From Podarcis gaigeae (Eukaryota), in the NCBI GenBank assembly GCA_964106915.2, contig OZ066914.1: DNA of 64,000 nt; one strand, 5' to 3'. Numbering within the stretch: position 1 is the first letter of the stretch; each line of letters begins with the position of its first letter. A model generated the notes under the pieces. It ran no database searches. It saw nothing but the letters and a program-made list of their open reading frames with translations, and was not told the origin of the DNA. A program made the translations under genes and the position numbers. Positions 1 through 13,600 of the stretch are shown here, in pieces.

Positions 1-130
1 TCAGATCAGTAGTCATTTTGTCTTGAATGTTTCCACATGGGACTTCTGAAAGATTATTCATCTGATTTAGTTACTGTTGTGCACCATATATGCATGCATT
101 ATTAATAAATCATTTTTGTTTTGTTTTTAG

Positions 131-3100
131 GAATGGTTTCAACTCTAGTCGTGGAGTTGAAACAGAGTTCAGTCATGCAGCGCTTGCTTACAGGTTGGAT
201 GCCAACAGCTATCAGGCTAGTATTTTGATGGCAAACAGAGCTCTTGAAGTCTCTACAATAGCCAGTGGCATAGTTGGAACAGGCTTGAATGAGCACTCTG
301 CCTGTTATTCATTGGAGGATATTTCTTTTCAGCAACCAAATGAGCTAACTAAAATCTATTGTACTTAGATTTTCAGCCAGGTCTAGAAGTGTAATTAATT
401 CTTGGAAGTGTAATGTGCTTTTTCTTAGGTGGCTCTCTTTTCTAAACAAGCATCTTAAGTTAATCTTGAAATTGTTCCTGTCGTCTCAGATCTGGACAAA
501 GCAAAAGGAATGAACATGTTTTGAGGGAATAAGAACCTGCAGAAGACAGTCAGCTTTTTCTTTTCCGTATGAAGGCCAGGGATGCTGTTGGATTCAGTAC
601 TTCAGCTACAATTGCATGTAGCAGAGGTGTTCCAAATCTGCCCATAGTCCAGTAGTTAGAAAGTGTGTACATTTGACTGTTTTTCACGGTTCCCTACTTT
701 TTAGTAAGAAGGTTGCATCCTTTTTATTTCCAGACATGATGGCTATTGTTCAGAGAGCCTGGGTGGCTAGTGTTAGGTTTGGAAGTAGGAAATTCTCTAC
801 TCAGCCAGGTGACTCAGCAGGTGGTCATCATTATCTCTTTGCCTAACCTATCATAGAGAAGAGTTGTGAAGAAATAATTCTGATACATTGAGGAAGTGTG
901 GAACGGAAATCTGACAAATTCATGCCCTCAAACTTTGGAGGCTAAATGGCTGCATTGTGACTGATGGTTGCTTGGAATATTTAGAAGAGCAAATGTTGTA
1001 ACTTTTATCTTGAAAGGGGTATGGTTTTATATGAAAAGGTAGTGCTTCACTACAGTATAAACCAGGAATGGGGAACCTAATCTGACTGGTAGGCCAGATT
1101 CTTATCTCCCCTATACCTCATGGCACATGTTTGACAAGGTGGGTGGTGGTATCCACCTCTCAATCATATGATGTCACCATGACATCAGGTGAAGATTTGG
1201 CACTTCTAACTTTTAAATTCTTGTAAATTGTCCTTTTTTGTTTGTTTATTATATATAAAATTTAGTTTAAATCTTTTCCAGAGGAGACCAAGGTCCTTCA
1301 GAGCTTCCTGTTAGCTTGTCTGTCCACTGTCGTGAGCATGATGCCCTCCTCTTTGCACTCTACCAGGATCATAAACTTCGAATGTGGTCTTACAAAGTGA
1401 GTGTGAAATGCTAATTTCTGATAGAATACTGTTGTCATTGCTGATGGTTGATTATTCATATGACTAATGATACTTTCCAAATGTTGGTTTTTGGCAACAT
1501 GTCCCTTTGAATATGCAAGCTATATTAATTACCTTTTCTGTGGTCTGCTGTGAACATGCACAACCTTCAGATCTGTATCCTTTACTGTAAAGGAACACAT
1601 GGGGAAGTATCTGTCTAGTATATCAAGCTGCTGTTTTGGCAGGTGTGTTTAAAGCATTTGTCCCATTTGCAGATTGTGTTACTTATCTGGCTTCTTATCT
1701 TGGCAGGATCAAATGTGCCTGATGGTGGCTGATATGTTGGAATTTGTGCCTGTAAGTAAGGACCTAAGACTTGCTGCTGGGACTGGACACAGATTACAGC
1801 TGTCTTATTCTGAGACCCTGGGGCTTTACATTGCTGTATACTTGCATGCACCCAAACAAGGACAGGTACTTGAATTGTCTTATATTCGTAGAATTTTAAT
1901 TTGCTGTTAAGTTGAGAGTCAGGGAACTACTAGTATGACCCATCAGTTTCAGAGTTTATGTGGATAAGAAAAGTTTTCTTCAATAATTTTAAACACGTTT
2001 TGTCCAGTCCTGGAAGTTTACAAAATGGCATAGCTTTTGATCCTGGATTAAAAGAGCTTGCTGACAATTTCAAATGTATTTTGCTTTAAAAACTGGGAAA
2101 TAATAGCTCCTTGATACTTGATAAGATGTATTTTGATGAAGTGCTTTCAGAAGGACTTATCAAATGTATTATTCCTGGGAAGAACAATTTCTCATTTCCT
2201 TCTGTGGCAGATAAATTCATTGGTGTAGTTTTTTTGGGGGGAAACGTGGAGACTATTTTCTGGAGATGCAGCATACAGGATTGGTGCATTTCCTGTCTTG
2301 AGTCCCAAACCCAATTTTCTGTATCACTTTTTTTAGATCTCCAAGCTTTGCAAACAAGAAAGTAAGGCGAAGAAGGCTAGAGAAAAAAGGAAATGGAAAG
2401 CACTATGTAGGTGTCTGCAGAGGACAAAATTACACTTTACATAAAGGAGTAGTACTATGTCTCCTATGCCTTGGGCATGGAGGCATTCCATTTCAAATGC
2501 ACCTGTGGTATCTCCATAGGGAACCTATTGCTCCTCCTCAGAAAGAGAAAGTCTGAAAAGTGAATTAATTGCTAAGGATGTCCTCTTCTCTACAAGTGCT
2601 AAAACAACCAACTTAAATAGCATCTGTTCAACTTGATTTTCACAGTCTAGTGCCATTACTACATCCTGAATGGTTACTGGGTATTATAATTAGAGAACTG
2701 GAATATAAGGATTGTCTAAAATAGTTTACAGTTTTATTTTCACTAATGACGGAATCATATTTTTTTTTTGCAGTTCTGTGTCTTCCAGTTGGTCAGCACA
2801 GAGAGTCAGCGCTATAGTCTTGATCACATATCATCATTGTTTACTTCTCAGGTGGGAATGAATAAGATTTACATTAAAATGAATGTGTCTGTCAAGAAAC
2901 ATCCACTCTGCACTGATAGGGGTCAGTAGAGTACTGTCTTCCATTCCATCTTCCATTCTATATGAGATCAAGCAACATGATGCGATGTTGGAGAGAAAGG
3001 GATGTGTGTACCTGCCTCCTGTATATCAGTTACTTCTGATCCATGGGATGTTCTGTGTGTAACTCCAGTATTTGTCTGCTAGTAATAAATTTAAAAAATA

Positions 3101-4604
3101 TTAGTTTTTATAGATTCAACAAAATATAAGTTCTCTCCCTTGTACTGTTGTTATTTAGTTTCATTCTCTTGAGTATATTTAGGTCTGAAAATCATATTCA
3201 TTGTTCTAAGCCATTTGTTGTGTATGTTTTTAACTTAGGAGACCCTTGTTGACTTTTCCTTAACTACTGCTGAGATCTGGGCACTCTGGCATGATGATGA
3301 AAATAGAACCACTGTGAAATACATCAATTTTGAGCAGTAAGTTTTGTCCACCCCTGGTGTAACCATGAGCAGTAAATTGGGTGAGGAAAAGGTTACTTTA
3401 AGCCCTGAATCCAAATTAAAAAGGAGATTCTCTCAACATTAAGAGATAGCAGAAAGATACTTCAAAGAAATTAACTATAACCTATGCTGGCACTTCTAAC
3501 AAGGATTTGATACCTATTGATGAATCATGGAGTTACCATATAGTTCTGCGTAAGGCGTTTCTGGATGGCTAAGGAGGTTGACAAAAGATCAGGGGAGCCA
3601 TGTTTATAATACTTAGGATGGGCTGTGAGCAGCATGCAGACTTGCTCAAGCAGTTAGTTTCATGCTTCACACCTGTTTAAGCTAAGAGGTGGCGACACAA
3701 GGTGAAAATTGGAAAGGAGATTTCTTTGTCTCCTGGTAGACTTGGCATGTCATAGGAGTTCTTAGACTATTTGTTGAAACAGCCAGCAATTATATGTGTC
3801 AGCCATCTTGGAGAAATGGGCAGAAGCTACATTGTCTGGGGATGTTGTGGTTTTGAAGGGTCATACACTGGACTGGCAGGGCCAGCATCACAGAAACAGG
3901 AAGACTTCCCTCCATTTTGTAGGTGGGAGGAAAATGACTGGTTTTGGAAAGCTGCAGAGCTGCTGAAATATAGTTCCTTAGATATCCCACTTGGCATTGA
4001 GGGGAGGGGACGATGATAGTCTCTGTGTGTGCATACACACTTGTCCATGTAGGGGAAACCCGCGTCAACAAACTTTCATTCATCTGTTTTTAGTTTATAA
4101 TTGTAGGTTTGTGGTGTCATGGGTCAAAAATATGGAAGATGTTGGTTATGTTTAATTGTTCATAGTTATATATATTTATTTATTCTACTTGGAAGTAATC
4201 TTTTTTGAACTATAAATGTAAAGTTGGCTAAAATGGTCTATACTTGTTTTAGCAATGTTGCAGGTCAGTGGAACCAAGTCTCTGTGCAGCCCCTGCCACC
4301 TGAAGAAGTGGATATTAGAGATGACCAGGACCCAAGGGTGAGTTCTTCAAATTAATTAATTATGAATTTGAATGGCAAAACACAGATGAGTAGCACTTGT
4401 ATGAATCCCTAAAAGTATGAACATTGCATATATATGGAAAAAACAAATCTGTGTGCTCAGTTGCTAAGAAGGAAGAAAATGATGGATCTTTGAAAGAAGG
4501 AATTATTTTTTTAAAAAAATTGTTAGATTAGTAGTGTCAAACATGCATTTTGTTTGGTCTGAAGTGCAAGACTTTTGGCTTTGACTAATTGATGTGTAAA
4601 TTTT

Positions 4605-4658
<54 letters not shown>

Positions 4659-7600
4659 TGTGTGATATTACTCTTGGTCTTCTTGTGTCCCAAAGTGTCT
4701 GAAAGCAAGATTCCTTTGGCCACCAGAAGCATGCCTTGTTTTGTTAAGTTCATTTTTGTTGTTGTTCAAAACTTTGTGTTTCAGAAATGAACAGTGCATC
4801 AATTTCTACACTTCGTTTTACTCTTAGTTTCAAGGTTGATTTATTTTTTTCAAGGTTTAGGCAGCATGTGTGGACCTGTAATGCATTAACAATTTCACAC
4901 AGTTAATATATAGTGCACATTGGAAATTGTCATTTAAACTGAAGTTGAGCAGTTGCCAGAACATAGTCATGGGACAATATTTGGACGTAGCTGTTAGTGG
5001 AAGGGAATAAAATGAATCACATGATCTGCTTGGGAAATAATTAATCATGCTGACTCTTACAGGAAACATTTACAGAGGCCATCTTCATGCCTGGACAGTT
5101 CACAAATGCGGCTTTGCTTAAAGCTTTACAGGTGAGGAAGAACATCATCATTTGTTGGGGAGTTTCTGGAAAACCATTACAACTTAAACTAACAAGTCAA
5201 TTGCACAAAATGGCAAGATTGGCATTTGAGGCAGAAGGGCAGAGCACTTCTCTGCTCTGCTCTGCCAGTTCACAGCTACAGTGGTCTACTGTCAGCAGTC
5301 ATCTACTTAGAACATTCTTTTTGACACTGCTTGGCATGCTGTTAGAATTCAAGTGTGAGATCTGGTAAGCCCTGGCACTATGTGCTTTTAGGTTTAATGG
5401 TGAGAAACATCTTTTAATTTTCCCTTAGATATTTTCTCAAAGAGCTGAGCACCTCACAGACCTGTCCTGGGATGAGCTGAAAAAAGAAATTACTATAGCT
5501 TTGGAAAATGAGGTAAGAGTTCTGTTTAGTCTTTGCCCCTCTTGGATTTGCCCTCTTTACCTTCATTCTTGGATTCTTATTTCATTGGTTCTTTGTAATA
5601 ATTGTGCTTATATTTATGTGTTCGTTTTAAGATAGGTCAAAAAATGCTCTACTGTTGTAATGCTAGTTTTTAGGGTGGTATCCAATGCAATGAAGTACTT
5701 CTGCTAGGGTTAGGTTTTCCATGTGTGTCTCCCTAGAACAAATTATGGGGGCACATGGGGAGAGGAAAGGGAGGAAATTACCTTTAGCAGCCAATATCCT
5801 TGATTTAGCAGAACTGTTCATTTGGATAGCTAACCTTCGGTCTGTGTTTTTGTTCTTGTTTTCCAGTTCCAAGGAAATGTGACTGAGTATGAATTCTCAC
5901 AAGAAGTATTTAGACAGCTGCAAATAGAATTTTGGTCAAAATTCTATGCTTACTGTGTTCAGTACCAAGAAGAACTCTCACGCCCACTTGCACTTCTCTT
6001 GAATCAATGCACTAGCATGGTGTGCCTGCTTAAAAAGGTGAGAATCAGGTTAGAAAGAGGCAAATTTCAGATATTTCTTTCATAGAGCAAAATGGGCCTG
6101 TCCAACTCTGGCAGGCAATGACCCTAATTATTATGGTCTTAAGTTTCAAGAGCTCTCAGTAGTGTGTAATTATAATTTTATGCAATAAATGTGGCAGATA
6201 TAAATTTATGTTTTACTTGTTTTACATGGGACTTTTTCCTGAGCAAATGTTGCTTAGAAATTCAGATGGTCCGTAGTTTCAATAAGGATCTGAAAATCAC
6301 AGAAGCTGCTAAAAGATAGCTAGTTTGAGCTTTTCCTAAATTACAGTACACTATTTTGCCATTGTATCTTTGAATATTTATGATGCTGAGAATGTAGACT
6401 ACTCTGACTATGGGCATTTTCCCCCTTCAGAATGTTGCTTTGAGCTTTCCATTGTAAGTAAATCATCTTTTTGTGGTGTTTGAAAACTAAATGATGAGTG
6501 TATCTTCTGCCCACACAGGGATACCTGTCTTTTCTTGTGCCCTGCTCCCTAATGGATCACCTTTACCTTTCACTTGATGAACAACTGGTGAATGAAGTTG
6601 AGAGCACTGGCTTAGATGGTAAGAGAGAGTGAGTGCACGAACCCACTATAAGATTTTGTCGCAGAGTAGAATTTAGAACATAGTCTTTACATTTTTTAAA
6701 AAAGTGTTTTATTTTTCTGATAAATAGCCAGGGTCCAGAAAGCCACTCACATCAGGTTTGCACTACTGCAGTGGAACTTCCAAGTTCTCAAAACAAAACT
6801 TTAGTTACATGGAAAATAAACTGCTTTGGTAACCCTCCTCTGTTTTAAAAGCAATTTACCATGTTAGCATGTGGAGCTTTTGCTCAAGAAGTGTAAGCAT
6901 AAAGGGTCTCTGGGCTCATAGATCTAATTTCTCACCTCTTTGGATTCCTGCCCATGTTGGTTATTTTCAGTTAGTTATATCCTAGCAGGTAACAATAACC
7001 TTGGTGCGTCTCTCTCCAAGAACTTTTAAGGAATCAGTTCATGATCACTTTCCTGGAAGCACTTGCCACATGTCAGCGGGGAAATGGATAAATTGAAAGG
7101 CTGCACTGAGAGTTTTAAATCTATTGATGTTTCAAAATCATGCTCTGTGGGAGAGTAACATAACTAAAGAGCAACATAACTAGGGAAGTTCATTCTTGGT
7201 GCTTCTTAGGTGTCCTGTTGACTTTAGTAAGCACTAATGAAGTGATTTTTTTTTGTGTTTTGCCCCTGGATAGAATGTGCAAACAATTATAAAGTATATT
7301 CTTAACTGGGTTTCTCCCTGCTTTTCCAGCATAGTTAGCTTTTTTATTGTGGGATATTATATATATTATATAATATATATATATTATTTATATACACACA
7401 CACGCACACACACACACACTCTGAAATAAGTTCTAAATACCACCTTTTTATTGTAGAATCTGAATTTTCTCATGATCTTGTGAGTCTCGTTCAGTGCCTT
7501 CGGTTAATTGGTGAATCAATTTCTGTGGAGATGGCACTAACAATGGAAATGGCTTGCTGCCGTTCCCAGCCGCCAGAGAGAGCTGCAGGACAGATCCTTC

Positions 7601-10600
7601 ATGACTTGATTGCTAATGACACGTAAGCATGCGCTATGAGCAAAGTAGGCCATTTATAAAAAATGATTTTCTCACTCCCTCTATAGCATTTAGCTGATTG
7701 GATAAGAGAGAGAGAGAGAGAGAGAGTGTTTTATTTTCTAGCCACAAAGTTCTAGTAGCCATAGTTCTCAGAAAATTGGGCTCACTATTCCTTCTCCTCA
7801 GAGGGCATAGGCAGCACAGTTGATAACCCTCCCTGTGAAGAAATGTCCTTCCAGATTATAGGCCCTGCCTTCTTCAAGAGAGCAGTCTTACACACCAACC
7901 CCCTAAGTTATTTTTCTGTCAGAGCTGAGAGATTCGGCCTTCAATTTCTTTTTTGGTTAAAAATGTCCTTAAACACACTATATCTCCAGCTGAGGCCCAA
8001 GACAGTTTGAACCAAGGTCACACTACAAGCAAAATCCCTAGGGTCCCTGTGCTAAAAAGCATCCATATAAATTCAAAAGTTGTACAGTGTTTTTGTTACT
8101 TCATTTTTCTATGAAGAGTTTTTATGTACTGCCTATTACAATCTGTCTCAAGGTAGTGTACAAATTACAGTCAGCTGATTGCAATAGTTTGTTCCAGATT
8201 ACTTGTATCTTACAATTTCATGTTTCTCAACCCGAGGGTGTCATAGCCCATGAGACAGTGTGTTGTAGGGTGCCACATATAATTCTTAATAGGGTGGATA
8301 GTGTGTCTTCTGTATCATGTTTACTCCCTCATAACTGAATAAATTTTCAGTATATTTTTATGAAGCCTAACACATTTTGCTGGTTTCCTTGAAGAGAGAA
8401 TCTAATAGAGGATATTCACAGTAAATTGCAAGAGATCAAAAACCCAATTGATGCTATTGGGGTGCTTATCCGGGAAATGGACTATGAGACAGATGCAGAA
8501 ATGGAAAGAGGACTCAATATTGGTGAGAGAACAGTGGCTCTCCTCTCCCTCCCCCTAACATTTTGATTAAGTGAAAGCTGCTTATGTCGGTAGATGCATA
8601 TATTTTTGCCTTTTCTCACCTTTCTTTCTACAGTTCAACCCCTAAATGTGCGCATGCATCTCGCACAGCTCTATGGTAGTAGCACAACAGTAAACATGGT
8701 GTGTCGGTGTGTGTATAAGATGTCCATGACTCGCTTTTTGCTTTGTCGGGACTTGTTGATTTTACAGCAGCTCTTGCTACGGCTTGGAGATACTGTGAGT
8801 ATATTGGAACAAAGTTGACTGTATGACCTCAAGGAGTACAATCCTTACATCATTAACTGAACAGCATACATTGAATAATAATGGAATGGTTATTATTATT
8901 CAGTGGTGTTGAATAATAATGGAATGGTTACAATGGTTGCTGAATGGACATTACCGCTTAGCTGTCAGGGTGCACTGTGTTGCTGGAGCTACTTTCTTGG
9001 CAGCCAGGAAAGAACTTGGGGGCCAAAACATATCTTGTCACAGAGCAGCACATCTGAATCCAAGCCATTATCCTTATTAACAAGAAGGAGCTTAAGTTGA
9101 TTCAGATCAGATAGTAATGTCATGTTTCCAACACCAGCTGCTTACTTCAGTTAGATAGCCTCTGGGTTGATTTTCCTTCAGTCCCATTCAACCCACTTAA
9201 AATAGCACTTCTGTCTTTGGCTATCTTGCTTTCAATATTTGTTGGCTTCATTCTTCTCCTTTCTAGCAACTGCTTAGGGACAGCCCTGAAGATATTGCTA
9301 TAGAAAAGTCAAAATGGGGTATAAATGTCTATATGGAGAAGGGGAGGATAATACCACAAGGATTTTTGCATCTTTTCTGAATAATGTGAAAATACTTGGC
9401 CATTGACAGCTATTGAACAACAACTAATACTTAGGTTGTGTTTTTAGGTATTGGGCGGAGGCCAGCTATACCACACTCAACAGAACTTGCTGCATCGCAC
9501 ATCTCATTTGATATTATCATATTACCTGATCAGGTGGGCAAGTCAACGCTTGGCATCAGATGTTCCAGTTGATGAACTGTAAGTTCTTTACCTATAGTTT
9601 GTAATTAATATGATGGATGAAGTAGGCGTGGCCATTCTCTTTTCCTTTAGCGAAAAATAGGCATTTTGTTTGATAATAGCAAGCAGCTAATTTAGGCAGG
9701 TTCTGCTCAGGACTTTTCTGTCTGATAAGCATTTTTTCTTGGTTTCTTTAGGGAATGTAACCTACAGCATCTTTCTGTATTAAAACTGACAGATTCTACA
9801 ACTATAACACCACTCAAGCTAGGTAAGAAATTAAAAGCTTTTTGTCTCTTTTTGGTTGTAAGTGTGTTCAGTTACTGTTTTTTAAAAGTGACAATACAAG
9901 GCTTTGCTAAAAGATTAATCATGTTTATAGACATCAGTTCTCCAGTGCTCAGATTAAAATACTTTAAAGCAAGATAGTGCTGAAATCGTTGCTCAGAGAA
10001 CCAAAACTACTATAGCTCAGGGGCTGTTTTTAACATTAACCCAGCCACCTTTACCTGCAGTCATTAGGCTAGATTTTTATTTTAAAATTGTTGGGATTTT
10101 CCAAATTTTAAGTATCCTACGTGCCATATTTCCTATGCCTAGATTTTTCAAACTTGAAAGTTATATAGATAGCTAGAAAATCTGGTCTTTACCTTTCAAA
10201 ACAGTTGGTGTTGTGTCTAAAAATGCAAAGTACATCTTAAGTAAGCAAAATCTAAAAATTGGCATTTAAGTTTACAGCCTTTCTTCCCTGCATCCCACCT
10301 GGATTTATTAGAAGTGGAATACAGAAGTTAGTATTAGGGAAACCATTAAATTGAAGAGTCATGTACGAAACATGTTTATGGCATTTTCTCATTGTTTAGA
10401 GATACTGATGCAGACAACATCTTTTAATCTGTTCTAGTGTCCAGCCCTCAAACTATCGTGGAGCTGTTCTTTCAGGAGGTAGCCCGAAAACACATAATAT
10501 CTCAACTGTTCCCACCTAACACAGCCTTGGATGAATCAAGTTTGAGTTGGCCTCAAATGTTTTCTGCAATTTCAAGTTATCTCCTGCAGTTCTTGTATCC

Positions 10601-13600
10601 TTCAGTTGCAGCTTCTGCTTGAAACGTTGGACAGGAGCTATGCTTTCTTCTGTCCCTCTAGTGCGGGGATTCTTAAACTTTCTACCCATGGGATAAAAAT
10701 TAACTGGGGCCCTCCAAACGCAATGTGCAGGGGCGGAATCAGCAGACAGAGGCACAGTTTGGCATAACCAGCTGACAATTATTGACATTTTGCGAATTTC
10801 TGAAATTCTTTGCTCCAGTGATTCCTCTATAGCAGGGAGTTACAGTTCAGTTTTATTCAAGCAAAATACAGACATTGGGTGAAATTCATCATTGTGCTCA
10901 TTCAGTTCTTCCTGTGCAAGCATTCCAGCTTGCCAAATATATCCTTCCTCCCTTCATGCTCTTCTGGGGGTTCTCTAGGACCCCCCAAACCAATTGTGAG
11001 GGTGCCTGTGGGGGGAGCCCGTTGGCAAGGCGTGAAGTCTTTGTGCAGGGCTTCCACTCATGGGGCTGGTTAGCCAAATCCTGCCCATAGCTGCAGAGGC
11101 ATGACTTGGCTTCTTCACTTTAGGCACACTTTTATCATCTAGAGCAGGGGTAGTCAACCTTTTTATACCTACCGCCCACTAATGCATCTTTCTTGATGGT
11201 AAAATTTTCTTACCGCCCACCAGTGCTCGATGGAAGGAGGATTCAGCTTGTGCCGTACAACCCCCTACCGCCCACCTAGAATCCTGAAACGCCCACTAGT
11301 GGGTGGTAGGGACCAGGTTGACAACCCCTGATCTAGAGGCTCCTCCTTGCTCTTTTTACATTCACTTTTCACTCCTCTGTGAGTTTCCCTCTTTTTCCCC
11401 ATTCCTTTCTTCCCAGTTTATTGGGTGTGTTGTTGTTTTTTAAAAAATGGTTCATCTTACTTGCTAATCCCCCTTCCCTCCCTTTCCTTTCAGAGGGTTG
11501 GCAGCAAGGAAAGAGGACTGAGGTATGAGACTGTGTGTGAGAGAAATGGAGGGACCAGAAGGCACAAAAGAAGCCCCAAGCACTTCTCCCTCTGTCTTCC
11601 TGTTCTTCCTCTTCCTTCCCTCACACTAAGCCTGCTGCACTGCCCATCTCTTCTCTATTTCCTCTTCTTCCTTTCTGTTCCTGCTCTCCAACTTTGCATG
11701 CTACTGCCTCGCTCTCCAACCAGTTCCTGCTCCCATGCATCCCTATGATTGTACATGTGAGGAGCTGCTGTATTGATTCATTCAAAAGACTACAACACAG
11801 TCAAGGGACAACCAAAATGATCAAGGGGGTGGAGTGACTCCCCTAGGAAGAAAGATTGCGGTGTTTGGGACTTTTTGGTTAGAAGAGAAAAGGCGAGGAA
11901 AACGTGATATGATAGAAGTTCATAAAATTAAGCCATGGTCTTGTCATCCCATCCATTCAAGAACCTATATTCCTTATGCAGTCTTCAGGTGGCCAAGCAA
12001 TCCTAACTTCCTCTTTCCAGAATGTTTGATGGGGGCTTGTCAGTATGCTCAACTGCAGGTGAGATCTTTATTTGTGAAATCCTTTACATTAATATTTAAA
12101 GGATAGAAGGAAAATACTTAAGTAGATCAGGTAGGAGCCTGGTTGAAAGCCAGCCCTGGTTTTGTATGCAGGAAAGTATAGGGGCAGCTGATGGATCATT
12201 GGTACATATGGTGGGATGTTATCTAGAGATTAACTGAAAATAGGAGCAGCAACTGGGGTTCATCTTGGGCATGTCTTATAAGGAGAGTGGGAAGCTGGTT
12301 TTGGGAAATTGTATTAAATTGAACTAATTTGGCAAGATTTATAATAAATTTGAAAATCTATAAAAATAATTGGCAAAAAGAAAGCTAGCACTGGTTCAAA
12401 GCAATGGATTAAATGCGGGGAACGATGCTATGTGCATGCTGCCCAATAATAATAATAATAATATTCACTCAAAGGTAGCCCAGGTAAATCAGGCAAATGG
12501 ATCAAAACTGGATATTATGGAAGGGATTCTCAATCCAGTAGAGGCTCCCACTGGCTGAATTGGGGAGGCCATTTTTACCGACCCCCCCTCACCTACAGTT
12601 ACAGCACAAACTCCCATGCTTTTCTGTAGGGTCCCCCAAAGGTATGGAGCAGAGGTGTTTTGGGGGGCAGGGGTGTTTGAAAATGCCTCTCTTCTCTCCC
12701 CACTATACCACTGGGAGTATCCTGTGAACAGAGTTAATCTCACAGGAACAGAGGCTCCAAGCCTAAATGTCTAGATCGGAATCCAGCCTAGCTGCTTGCC
12801 TGTTCATGTTTTTTAATTGGTGTGCGTTAAACAATGTCTGTCTGAGTACAGTGGGAAGTAAGACATAACATTGATTTGTCTGATTAGTGGATGTTTGTAT
12901 ATTAGGAATATATTCGTTTTCTGGGACCTTGGTGCCATGTGAATATGGGGTCATGCTGTTTTATGATGGGACGCTGCTACCTTGTTATGGGAGAAGGGCA
13001 CAAGGTAAATTCTTATTTCTCTAAAACAGATAAACATTTTATTGTTTGAGTTGAGAAACAAAAGGAGAGAAGTTGGTTAGCAGTAGTCATAGCTAGGAGT
13101 GAGAGATTCTCAGCTACTTTTGAGGATTTTGATGTCTGCAGAGTGCTGTAGATTTGACAGCTTTGTTCTAAAAAGGAGCAAAATATAAAATAAGTGTCAA
13201 TTGTGTTACCAATCTAGGCTTTATTCAGATGAATCTGTCTACTGCTTTCCTAGAGTCAGATGTTTTGCTGTTCATTTCCGGCCTTAAGTGGCAGCTTCGG
13301 GTGGGGGTGGGTGTGTGTGTGCATGGACTGTTCCTAGTAATAGTTTTTAGTGGTATCCATGTTGAGTTATAATGTGTAGTGATTTGATAACCATAGCATG
13401 CACCTGCATGCCATTTTGTGACTGATGCTATTGACAGTTCCTCAGAATTCCAGATGTAACCACTGCCCTAAAAAGTTTGGCAACCTCTGACATACAGTAT
13501 GGAATTGATAACTGTAGCAAAACAATATGGAAGTGATCCCAGTTTATTCTGTGCTTCGGACTAACTTTGTCCCAAGCCTTGGTTTAAGTTCTTTTTTTCT

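Larger units (their letters stand above)
10595..11988 (+). other. NUP160: U12-type (minor spliceosome) GT-AG intron of NUP160
   Basis: Donor TT|GTATCCTTC matches the U11 site consensus RTATCCTT; branch-like TTCCTTATG at 11970-11978, about 10 nt before CAG| at 11988; no polypyrimidine tract; frame joins QFL|WPSNP. Confidence 0.9.

Noticed and set aside
1575-1583. Perfect U11-type site GTATCCTTT inside a U2 intron of NUP160, within a small hairpin TCCTTTA-CTG-TAAAGGA
   Set aside because: A single 9-mer is expected by chance roughly once in a window this size; there is no tandem copy as in USSE elements and no matching U12 branch point.
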